A stretch of 58,528 nt of DNA from an uncultured Thiotrichales bacterium (GTDB taxonomy: Bacteria; Pseudomonadota; Gammaproteobacteria; CAIRSR01): assembly GCA_903824965.1 (NCBI GenBank), contig CAIJYR010000110.1:1-58528 (forward strand). The letters run 5' to 3'. Both the position numbers and the translations under genes were made by a program. A model generated the notes under the pieces. It had not been told where the DNA came from, did not search any database, and saw only the letters and a list, made by a program, of their open reading frames with translations. Within the stretch, counting starts at the first letter, position 1; the number at the start of each line of letters is the position of its first letter. Positions 23,310-33,556 of the stretch are shown in pieces.

Positions 23310-24983
23310 ATGAAGAAACTAATCGATTTTTATATCAATGAGTCCGATGCCCCAAAGGGTAAAATATGGTTGATGGCGTCGATTTCTGGTACTGCGAACG
23401 CCATTTTGCTTGCGATTATCAATGTTGCTGCTTCTCAAATCTCGAACCGTGCATTAGAGGATAGATTTTTTGTCATGTATTTGGTGGGGCTCTTGCTGTT
23501 TATTTATGCGCAACGTTATGCCTTGACCGAGACCATGGTAGCCGTAGAGGATCTTATTCGAAAGATCCGCCTTCGCCTTGTGAATAAAATCCGGAATGCT
23601 GAATTGCGCTTTGTGGAGTCGCACGATCCCGCTACGTTCTACCGACCCATCACTGAAGACAGTAATGCTATATCGTTTGCTGCGTTGGTGCTGGTGATTG
23701 GATCACAGTCGGTGATCATGTTGATTGCGGTCATTATTTATCTGAGCTTTCTTTCTATCATCAGTCTGTTTGTCTGTGTTGGTTTTACGATGGTTGCATT
23801 GACGATTTATGCAAGTCATCAGCAGAAAGTACGAATGAAACTTGAATCTGCCTACAAAAATGAAACGGAAGTGTTTAGTGCTATATCGTCTGTGCTGAAC
23901 GGTTTTAAAGAACTAAAAGTCAATCGTCGCAAAAGCGATAAGCTGTTTCAATACATCAGCAATGCTTCTGATGAGTATCGAAAGCTCAAGGTTGATGCCA
24001 ATATGCGGCTTATTTTCGACTCCATGTTTTCGCAAATATCGTTTTACAGTCTACTCGTGGTTCTGGTTTTTATTGTTCCCATTTTTGACGAGGGACAAGC
24101 GGGGAATGTATTTAAAATCTGCGCAACCATCTTTTTCATTATGGGGCCGATCAACGGTCTTGTGAATGCGTTTCCCATGCTTGCGAAGGTCAACGTCACG
24201 ATTCAACAGATCTACGCATTGGAAGCGCAGTTGGATGAAATGGAAAAACGCCATCACGAGACCATGCAACGAGGTGTTGTGCAGCCGCTACCGTTTGTTG
24301 GCGAGATTGCATTTCAGGATGTGTCTTTCTCCTATCTGGATGACGGTGGTCGGCCGCTGTTCAGTGTTGGCCCATTGAATCTGGCGCTGCGTAAGGGCGA
24401 GATTGTATTCATCATTGGTGGGAATGGAAGCGGTAAATCGACTTTCCTAAAACTGTTGTGCGGTCTTTATGCCCAGGATGGCGGGGATATTACCGTGGAC
24501 AATCAGCGTATCGATGAATTGAATCGTCAACGGTATCGTGAGTTATTTTCTATTATTTTTACTGATTTTTATTTGTTTGATCGGTTGTACGGATTAGAAA
24601 ATGTAGACGAAAAGAGACTCCATGAGTTGTTGCGGTTGATGGAACTCGACAAGAAAACAAAATATGTCAATGGGCGTTTCACTACTCGTGATCTGTCCAC
24701 AGGACAACGCAAACGGCTTGCTTTTATTGTGTCGGTTCTCGAAAACAGACCTGTGTGTGTCTTTGACGAACTGGCAGCAGATCAAGACCCTCAGTTCAGA
24801 CAAAACTTCTACCAGAATATTTTGCCACAATTACGGCAGGAAGGGCGTGTGATTATTGCAGCCACCCACGACGACAAGTATTTTTACTGTGCGAATCGTG
24901 TACTAAAAATGGACGCTGGCCAATTATTGCCCTACCATAATCCTGATGCAACACCCTCTTGCAATACCACAACGCTTCTGTAA
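23310..24983 (+). CDS. cyclic-peptide/siderophore-type export ABC transporter (SyrD/PvdE/YojI-like, fused TMD-NBD)
   Basis: 557 aa with an N-terminal 6-TM domain. Walker A is GGNGSGKST, the signature is LSTGQRKRLAF and Walker B is VCVFDELAADQD. GC is visibly lower than in the neighbours. Confidence 0.9.
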   Translation: MKKLIDFYINESDAPKGKIWLMASISGTANAILLAIINVAASQISNRALEDRFFVMYLVGLLLFIYAQRYALTETMVAVEDLIRKIRLRLVNKIRNAELRFVESHDPATFYRPITEDSNAISFAALVLVIGSQSVIMLIAVIIYLSFLSIISLFVCVGFTMVALTIYASHQQKVRMKLESAYKNETEVFSAISSVLNGFKELKVNRRKSDKLFQYISNASDEYRKLKVDANMRLIFDSMFSQISFYSLLVVLVFIVPIFDEGQAGNVFKICATIFFIMGPINGLVNAFPMLAKVNVTIQQIYALEAQLDEMEKRHHETMQRGVVQPLPFVGEIAFQDVSFSYLDDGGRPLFSVGPLNLALRKGEIVFIIGGNGSGKSTFLKLLCGLYAQDGGDITVDNQRIDELNRQRYRELFSIIFTDFYLFDRLYGLENVDEKRLHELLRLMELDKKTKYVNGRFTTRDLSTGQRKRLAFIVSVLENRPVCVFDELAADQDPQFRQNFYQNILPQLRQEGRVIIAATHDDKYFYCANRVLKMDAGQLLPYHNPDATPSCNTTTLL

Positions 24984-25015
24984 CGCTGCCTTTTGCACTG
25001 TGATCTAAAAACGCC

Positions 25016-25720
25016 ATGAACCTCTATGCGCTTCCCTATGCGGGTGGTCACTCACTGGTCTATCGGAATCTACAACCGTTGTTGAAACCAGCGGTCAACC
25101 TGCAAGCGATCGATCCCCCTGGTCGTGGTCGTCGAAGTCATGAACCGTTGATTACCGACATGGAACACATGGCCGACGATGTCTTCCATCGTATTCAGCA
25201 TGAATTGACCGATCACCCCTATGCGATCTTTGGTCATAGTATGGGGTCTTTGCTGGCTTATTTGTTGGCAAGGCGTATTGCAGAAGCTGCGTTGCCCTTG
25301 CCAAAACATCTGTTTTGCAGTGGTCGTGCGTCTCCTTCGGTGCCAGCTGCGGAAATCCTGATGCCACCCCCTAAGCATACGTTACCCTCTCCTGCGTTTT
25401 GGGCCTATATTGAGGGTCTCGGTGGTGTGCCCCCTGAGGTAAAATTGCATCGTGAGCTTATGGAGTATTTTGAGCCTGTGCTGCGGGCCGATATCAAGGC
25501 ATTGGAGTGTTATCAATACCGTGCACCCCAGAAGCCGCTTGGGGTTCCGATCACCGTGTTCTACGGTATCGAGGATAGGGAGATTACTACTGAGTCGTTG
25601 ATGCCGTGGCAGCAGGAGAGTACGGAGGGAGTGACTTTGTGCCCTTTGCATGGAGGTCACTTTGGGATCTTCGAACAATGGCCATTGCTTGCGCGGCACC
25701 TTTTGAAGGCATGTGCATGA
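25016..25720 (+). CDS. type II thioesterase (GrsT/TycF-like, alpha/beta hydrolase)
   Basis: 234 aa, with N-terminal LPYAGGHS, the nucleophile elbow GHSMGSLLAY and a C-terminal GGHF motif. Confidence 0.9.
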   Translation: MNLYALPYAGGHSLVYRNLQPLLKPAVNLQAIDPPGRGRRSHEPLITDMEHMADDVFHRIQHELTDHPYAIFGHSMGSLLAYLLARRIAEAALPLPKHLFCSGRASPSVPAAEILMPPPKHTLPSPAFWAYIEGLGGVPPEVKLHRELMEYFEPVLRADIKALECYQYRAPQKPLGVPITVFYGIEDREITTESLMPWQQESTEGVTLCPLHGGHFGIFEQWPLLARHLLKACA

Positions 25721-25736
25721 TTGGACACAATCTTTC

Positions 25737-25804
25737 GACTTTTAGTGCGCCCCTCTCCTGAAAGGAGAAGGGTTGGGGAGAGGTAGGGTGCTGGTTTTGA
25801 TTTG
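25737..25804 (+). repeat. REP/MITE-like element R6 (subfamily GCCCCTCTCC)
   Basis: GACTTTTAGTGCGCCCCTCTCCTGAAAGGAGAAGGGTTGGGGAGAGGTAGGGTGCTGGTTTTGATTTG. Confidence 0.85.
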
Positions 25805-25830
25805 TTTTTAGATCAAGATTCTTGAAGATA

Positions 25831-25910
25831 TCAAAACCAAGATCAAACCACCCTGTCTCCCCCAGCCCATTCCCCCCAGAGGGGAAGGGGCTTAATCCTA
25901 AAGTCAAAAG
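25831..25910 (-). repeat. REP/MITE-like element R7 (inverted; subfamily CCCCTTCCCC; partner of R6)
   Basis: TCAAAACCAAGATCAAACCACCCTGTCTCCCCCAGCCCATTCCCCCCAGAGGGGAAGGGGCTTAATCCTAAAGTCAAAAG. Its reverse complement is highly similar to R4. Confidence 0.85.
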
Positions 25911-25956
25911 TGTTTTTATTTCTGCTACATCTTATTCTCCGGCAACAGGAGTTGTG

Positions 25957-26814
25957 ATGAATAACAAGACCGTTGGCGTCGTTGGTGCGGGTGTGATGGG
26001 TAGCGGTGTGGCCCAAAACCTTGCGCAGAGCGGCTTTACCGTGGTACTGATTGACATTAGCGAAGAGGCGTTGAAACGAACGGAAGCGGAAATTCGCAAG
26101 AATGTCCGCTTCTCTGCGTTTTATGCCAAGGACAAAACAAAAGTAGAGCCACTAGATACGGTCATGAATCGTATCGAATTTACCACCGATTACAGCAATC
26201 TCTCAGACGCTTATTTTGTCGTCGAGAACGCCTCCGAAAAATGGGAAGTCAAACAGGCCGTATATCCGTTGATCGACCAATATGCCCCCCCTGAAGCGCG
26301 AGTGGCTGCCGATACTTCCTGTTTCTCTATCACGCGCTTGGCATCCCTGACCAAACGTCCAGACAAAATCATTGGCATGCACTTTATGAATCCCGTGCCG
26401 ATGAAAACCACGGTCGAGGTCATCAAAGGCTACCACACCAGCCCCGAAACCATTACCATCGGCCTCGATTTTCTGGCGGCGATGGGCAAAGATGGCATTG
26501 TCGTCAACGATGCCCCCGGGTTTGTCTCCAACCGTGTGCTGATGTTGACGGTGAATGAGGCGATTTTTGTTGTCCACGATGGCGTGGCGACCGCTGCACA
26601 GGTCGATGATATACACAAAAAGTGTTTTGGACATAAAATGGGACCCTTAGAGACGGCCGATCTCATCGGTCTCGATACCATTCTTTATTCCGTGGAAGTG
26701 CTCTGGGAGAGTTATAACGATAGCAAATATCGTCCGTGCCCGTTGCTGAAAAAAATGGTTGCCGCCGGTTTATTGGGGCGTAAAAGTGGCGAAGGTTTCT
26801 ACAAATACAAGTGA
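25957..26814 (+). CDS. 3-hydroxyacyl-CoA/ACP dehydrogenase (FkbK/ZmaG-like)
   Basis: Trimmed to ATG 25957, because the track extension translates repeat R7. Sequence reads MNNKTVGVVGAGVMGSGVAQNLAQSG (Rossmann fold), IIGMHFMNP and GRKSGEGFY. Confidence 0.9.
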   Translation: MNNKTVGVVGAGVMGSGVAQNLAQSGFTVVLIDISEEALKRTEAEIRKNVRFSAFYAKDKTKVEPLDTVMNRIEFTTDYSNLSDAYFVVENASEKWEVKQAVYPLIDQYAPPEARVAADTSCFSITRLASLTKRPDKIIGMHFMNPVPMKTTVEVIKGYHTSPETITIGLDFLAAMGKDGIVVNDAPGFVSNRVLMLTVNEAIFVVHDGVATAAQVDDIHKKCFGHKMGPLETADLIGLDTILYSVEVLWESYNDSKYRPCPLLKKMVAAGLLGRKSGEGFYKYK

Positions 26815-26825
26815 ACGAGTGCACA

Positions 26826-27059
26826 ATGGGTACCATCGAAGAGGCAGTGCGCGGTTTTCTCTGGCAATTCATCAGTGACCAAGAGGTAGAGGGCGACCAT
26901 GATCTTTTTGGATCCGGAATGGTCAATTCACTGTTTGCCATGCAGTTGGTGTTGTTCGTCGAGAAGCAATATGGCATCACGGTAGCCAACGAAGACCTTG
27001 ATTACGAAAACTTTAAGTCGGTCAATGCGATCGTTGCCTTTATACAGTCCAAGCAGTAG
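26826..27059 (+). CDS. free-standing acyl carrier protein (FkbJ/ZmaD-like)
   Basis: About 77 aa with a GMVNSLFAMQLV phosphopantetheine-Ser motif. Possible starts are ATG 26826 or GTG 26811 (GTGA overlap with the upstream stop). Confidence 0.85.
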   Translation: MGTIEEAVRGFLWQFISDQEVEGDHDLFGSGMVNSLFAMQLVLFVEKQYGITVANEDLDYENFKSVNAIVAFIQSKQ

Positions 27060-27064
27060 AAGTA

Positions 27065-28270
27065 ATGGGAGTGGCTGTGATGGATTTTGACTTAACCGCA
27101 GAACAGCGTACCGCGCAAGCCGGATTCCGCCAGTGGGTTGAACAGCATGTAGTGCCGGTTGCCGATGCCAATGACAACCGCGAACAAACACCACCCGATC
27201 TCATTGCAAAATTAGCAGCACCCGGGTATCTCGGTGCCTTGGTCGCCAAAGAATACGGCGGCGAGGGCATGGATGCGTTGACGTGGGGTTTGCTGTGTGA
27301 GGAAGTGGGACGCGGCAGTGCATCCTTGCTGAGCTTGCTCACGGTGCATGGCATGGTGATCCAATCCATCGCAAAATGGGGTACTGCAGCACAGCGTGCA
27401 CGATGGTTGCCCGTATTGGCAACAGGTGAGACCATCGGTGCGTTTGGCCTTACCGAGCCGAATGTGGGCAGTGACGCAAAGAGCATTCAGAGCATCGCGG
27501 TGGCACAACCCGATGGCAGTTATGTGCTGAATGCAGAAAAGCGTTGGATATCCTTTGGCGCATCCGCCAACCTCATTTTGGTGATTGCCAAGGTCAATGA
27601 AAAACCCACGGGTTTTCTCGTCGAACGAAACATGCCTGGTTTCTCGTCAGAGCCGATTTATGGCATGCTCGGTTTTCGTTCCGCAAACATCGCCCGCCTG
27701 ATCATGCGTGATGTGATCATTCCACCAGAAAATCTGGTCGGAAAGGTTGGTTTTGGTTTCTCACACATTGCGGGCACCGCGCTCGATCATGGTCGTTACT
27801 GTGTCGGCTGGGGGTGTGTCGGACTCGCCCAAGCCGCGCTGGATGCTTCGCTCTCTTATTCAGGCGAACGCTATCAGTTCGACGTCACGCTGAATAAACA
27901 CCAGCTCATCCAAGAAATGTTGGCAGAGATGATTGTCAATGTGAAAGCTGCGCGGATGCTCAATTACCATTCGGCTTTCTTGAAGGATCGTGGCGATCCG
28001 TCATTGATCATGGAAACCTCGATGGCAAAATATTTTGCGTCACGGGTCGCCGCACAAGTGACCAATGCGGCTGTACAGATTCATGGGGCCAATGGTTGCT
28101 CAAGCGATTATCCGGTACAACGTTATTATCGAGACGCAAAAATTATGGAGATTATCGAGGGAAGCAACCAGATGCAGCAGATTATCATTGCAAAATCGGG
28201 CTATCAGCAGCATCTTGTGGCAAAACGTGCAGCGCGTCGATCCTCTGCAATAGAGGGGGAGGGGAAGTAA
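27065..28270 (+). CDS. acyl-CoA/ACP dehydrogenase, FAD-dependent (FkbI/ZmaE-like)
   Basis: 401 aa. ACAD signatures are MDFDLTAEQ, GAFGLTEPNVGSDA and QIHGANGCSSDYPVQRYYRDAKIMEIIEGSNQMQ. An alternative start is ATG 27080. Confidence 0.9.
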   Translation: MGVAVMDFDLTAEQRTAQAGFRQWVEQHVVPVADANDNREQTPPDLIAKLAAPGYLGALVAKEYGGEGMDALTWGLLCEEVGRGSASLLSLLTVHGMVIQSIAKWGTAAQRARWLPVLATGETIGAFGLTEPNVGSDAKSIQSIAVAQPDGSYVLNAEKRWISFGASANLILVIAKVNEKPTGFLVERNMPGFSSEPIYGMLGFRSANIARLIMRDVIIPPENLVGKVGFGFSHIAGTALDHGRYCVGWGCVGLAQAALDASLSYSGERYQFDVTLNKHQLIQEMLAEMIVNVKAARMLNYHSAFLKDRGDPSLIMETSMAKYFASRVAAQVTNAAVQIHGANGCSSDYPVQRYYRDAKIMEIIEGSNQMQQIIIAKSGYQQHLVAKRAARRSSAIEGEGK

Positions 28271-29313
28271 TGGCCAGTGGAAAAGGCAAAGATCACAAAA
28301 TCAAGTGTCTCGTCTGGGATCTCGACAATACCTTATGGCGTGGTACCCTGTTGGAAGATCAGGAAGTCACCCCCCATCCAGACGCACGGGCATTGATCAG
28401 AACGCTGGATGATCGCGGTATTTTGCAATCCATCGCTAGCAAAAACGATCACGCATTGGCAGAGAAAAAATTGCGTCAACTGGGATTGTTTGATTACTTT
28501 CTTTATCCGCAGATCAACTGGAGTGCAAAATCAGAGTCGATCCAGAACATCGCAACGCTCATCAACATCGGTATAGATACCCTTGCCTTTATCGATGATC
28601 AAGCCTTTGAGCGCGAAGAAGTGGCCTTCAGTCACCCCAAGGTGCTGACCATCGATGCTACAGAAATCGCACAGGTAGCGAATCTCGCGGTCATGCAGCC
28701 GCATTTTATTACAGAGGATTCTCGGCGGCGGCGGGAGATGTACCAGAGTGACCTTCGTCGGAAAGATGTCGAAGATCGCTTTGAAGGGCCGAAAGATGCG
28801 TTTCTAGAAACGCTCAATATGGTGCTAACGATTCAACGTGCCAAACAGGACGATTTGAAACGTGCGGAAGAACTGACACAACGTACCAACCAGCTGAATA
28901 CTACAGCGTATACCTATGATTACGATGAATTGAGCGCCTTCAGTCAGTCACCGGATTATTTGCTGTTGGTTGCCGGACTGGAGGACAAATACGGTACCTA
29001 CGGGAAAATCGGCCTAGTGTTGGTAGAAAAGCGTGAGAAAACGTGGTTGATCAAATTATTTCTCATGTCCTGTCGTGTCATGTCGCGTGGTGTTGGCACG
29101 GTCATGATCAACTATCTGCGGAACATGGCGCGGGCTGATGGGGTGGCCTTGGAAGCAGAGTTTGTCCAGAATGATAGAAACCGCATGATGTACATGACCT
29201 ATAAATTCAACCATTTCCGCGAGAAAGAAAAACGCGAAAACTGGATATTGCTTGAAAATGATCTGAGTCGTGAACAGGCATATCCGCAATATATGCGGAT
29301 GATCACAGAGTGA
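28270..29313 (+). CDS. FkbH-like HAD-IIIC phosphatase/glyceryl-ACP-forming enzyme
   Basis: Trimmed to ATG 28270 (TAATG overlap with the upstream stop). The HAD motif I is KCLVWDLDNTLWRGTL, followed by SIASKND and FIDDQAFERE. The C-terminal FkbH-type domain (CRVMSRGVG) is present. Confidence 0.85.
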   Translation: MASGKGKDHKIKCLVWDLDNTLWRGTLLEDQEVTPHPDARALIRTLDDRGILQSIASKNDHALAEKKLRQLGLFDYFLYPQINWSAKSESIQNIATLINIGIDTLAFIDDQAFEREEVAFSHPKVLTIDATEIAQVANLAVMQPHFITEDSRRRREMYQSDLRRKDVEDRFEGPKDAFLETLNMVLTIQRAKQDDLKRAEELTQRTNQLNTTAYTYDYDELSAFSQSPDYLLLVAGLEDKYGTYGKIGLVLVEKREKTWLIKLFLMSCRVMSRGVGTVMINYLRNMARADGVALEAEFVQNDRNRMMYMTYKFNHFREKEKRENWILLENDLSREQAYPQYMRMITE

Positions 29314-29334
29314 AAGAGTGAAAGAGTGAAAGGT

Positions 29335-31515
<2,181 letters not shown>

Positions 31516-31582
31516 GGTGTGACACCCCTATATATTATATATATTCATTATATATATTGAGAATGAACGAACTGCACCAGCA

Positions 31583-31909
31583 CTAGTCCGATGCAGTGGC
31601 AGGAAAGATGTCCGTGATTTTGATCTCTGTGTAATTCTGTCGATGACCGGTCACTTTTTGAAAATGCTTGCGGCGCCTGAATTTGAGGATGTGCACCTTG
31701 TCCTCCCGCCCATGTTTGAGCACCGTAGCCATCACCTTGCCGCCTTCGACGTACGGCGTACCGATGGTGAGCTGAGCGCCATCGGCGATCAACAGCACTT
31801 TATCGAGGGTAACGGTCTCCCCTTCGTTTGTAGGCAGCGTCTCAACGTGCAATTGATCGCCTGGACTCACTCGGTACTGCTTGCCACCCGTCATGACCAC
31901 CGCATACAT
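31583..31909 (-). CDS. rplU: 50S ribosomal protein L21
   Basis: Trimmed to MYAVVMTGGKQYRVSPGDQL...KFRRRKHFQKVTGHRQNYTEIKI; 108 aa. Confidence 0.95.
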   Translation of the reverse strand: MYAVVMTGGKQYRVSPGDQLHVETLPTNEGETVTLDKVLLIADGAQLTIGTPYVEGGKVMATVLKHGREDKVHILKFRRRKHFQKVTGHRQNYTEIKITDIFPATASD

Positions 31910-32101
31910 GACCCAATCTCCCACCGTTTGCAGAACAGAAACAGGAATACAACACTGATGATCCGGAAAGTATACACCTCTACCACCCACAGCTACAAGT
32001 CCAATGCAGTTCCAGGTACCATTCTTTTCTTTGTTTGACAGTCAGTAGGGAAAGCGACGAGGATCACGCGAAGCATTGATCCCCTTTCCTTCTCTCACCG
32101 T

Positions 32102-33544
32102 TTGAGGCCGCCAATGAATCACATGCAATCCGATCGGGATCCAACAGAAGTCGAACCCGAACCTGTGCGGGGGCCGTCTTCGACCTACCCCTCGACCCTG
32201 CGAACTGAACCCCCCTCTCTGCCTGCACGGGAACTGGCGCTTGGTTGGTTGCTGCTCGGTATTGCAGCCTTGGGAATCGCGGGACTCTTTGCCATCCTCT
32301 TGGCGTTAGCACGCACCCCGGGGGTGTCGGATTGGTTCCCAACACTGGACTTTTTCCGCACCACCCTAATCATCCACGTCAATCAGTCGGTGCTCGTCTG
32401 GTTTCTTGCTTTTGGCGGTGTACTCTGGAGTTTGGGAGAACGCACTGTCTCTTTCCCGCACCGCATTGCGTTGGCGTTGGCCACCATGGGCTGCCTTGGG
32501 ATCGCACTCAGTCCTTTTGCCGGGCACAGTGAACCCTTTTTGAACAACTATGTTCCCATTTTACGCAATCCGTTGTTTTTCGGGGGTCTGGCTGTGTTCG
32601 CGTTGGGGGTGGTGCTCCATGCAGTGTTGACTTTGCGGCAAATTACCACCCACACCGAATGGACACGTCCCGATCGATTGGCCGCGATCACCGCTGCGAT
32701 GGCCGCGATTGCGGCACTTCTGGCCCTCGGCTGGACGTGGTGGCACCTCACGGGGTGGACAGGGCAGGCTTATTTTGAGCTGCTGTTCTGGGGCGGGGGT
32801 CACACCGTGCAGTTCGCCTATACCCAGATCATGGTAGCGGCTTGGCTCGGTCTTGCGGCTGGATTGGGGGTCACGCTGCGCGTATCGGTGCGTGTGCTAC
32901 AGGGGCTGCTGGTCCTTGGGGTACTGCCCATCCTCATCGTTCCTGCGATCTATGGGCTCTATGCGGTGGATTCCCCTGAGGCACACAGCGCCTTCGCTGC
33001 GCTGATGCGAGTGGGGGGTGGTCTCGCTGCCCTCCCCATGGGTCTCATCGTTGCCTATGGGTTGTTACAACGACGCGGTGAACTGTCTCCCGATGAAAAA
33101 CCGCTGTACGCAGCACTGACAGCATCGCTCCTGCTGTTTGCTGTAGGGGGGGTGCTGGGGTGGGTGATCTCTGGGGTCAATACCATTATCCCTGCACACT
33201 ATCACGGTGCCATTGTCGGCGTTACCCTGGCGCTGATGGGGCTCACCTACCACCTGCTGCCCTTGTTGGGTTTTTCGCCACCGCCCCCTCGCATCGCCAC
33301 CCTACAACCCTGGGTGTATGCCATAGGACAATTTTTGCATGTGAGTGGGCTTGCAGCTTCTGGTGCCATGGGCATTCAACGCAAGGTTGCCGGATCGGCA
33401 CAAGGACTGGATACACTGGGTGCCAAAATCGCCATGGGGGTAATGGGATTTGGGGGTCTTTTGGCGGTGATTGGCGGCATTTTATTCGTCGCGGCTGCGG
33501 TCTATTCTCTGTGCCACCCGCAGACACCTCGATCCCGCTGGTAA
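32102..33544 (+). CDS. polytopic membrane protein, distant heme-copper-oxidase subunit I-like (orphan)
   Basis: About 12 or more hydrophobic helices. His-containing motifs recall HCO subunit I: IIHVNQSVLVWF, LLFWGGGHTVQF, PAHYHGAIVGV and FLHVSGLAASGAMGIQRK. The start is uncertain (TTG 32102 or ATG 32114). No subunit II/III or cytochrome c genes are adjacent. Confidence 0.5.
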   Translation: MRPPMNHMQSDRDPTEVEPEPVRGPSSTYPSTLRTEPPSLPARELALGWLLLGIAALGIAGLFAILLALARTPGVSDWFPTLDFFRTTLIIHVNQSVLVWFLAFGGVLWSLGERTVSFPHRIALALATMGCLGIALSPFAGHSEPFLNNYVPILRNPLFFGGLAVFALGVVLHAVLTLRQITTHTEWTRPDRLAAITAAMAAIAALLALGWTWWHLTGWTGQAYFELLFWGGGHTVQFAYTQIMVAAWLGLAAGLGVTLRVSVRVLQGLLVLGVLPILIVPAIYGLYAVDSPEAHSAFAALMRVGGGLAALPMGLIVAYGLLQRRGELSPDEKPLYAALTASLLLFAVGGVLGWVISGVNTIIPAHYHGAIVGVTLALMGLTYHLLPLLGFSPPPPRIATLQPWVYAIGQFLHVSGLAASGAMGIQRKVAGSAQGLDTLGAKIAMGVMGFGGLLAVIGGILFVAAAVYSLCHPQTPRSRW

Positions 33545-33556
33545 TCTACTTGCAGA

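Noticed and set aside
29307-29330. The 8-bp tandem repeat AGAGTGAA x3 spanning the FkbH stop codon, between convergent gene ends.
   Set aside because: It is very short, lies in a 21-nt convergent spacer, and suggests no structure or function beyond chance or slippage.
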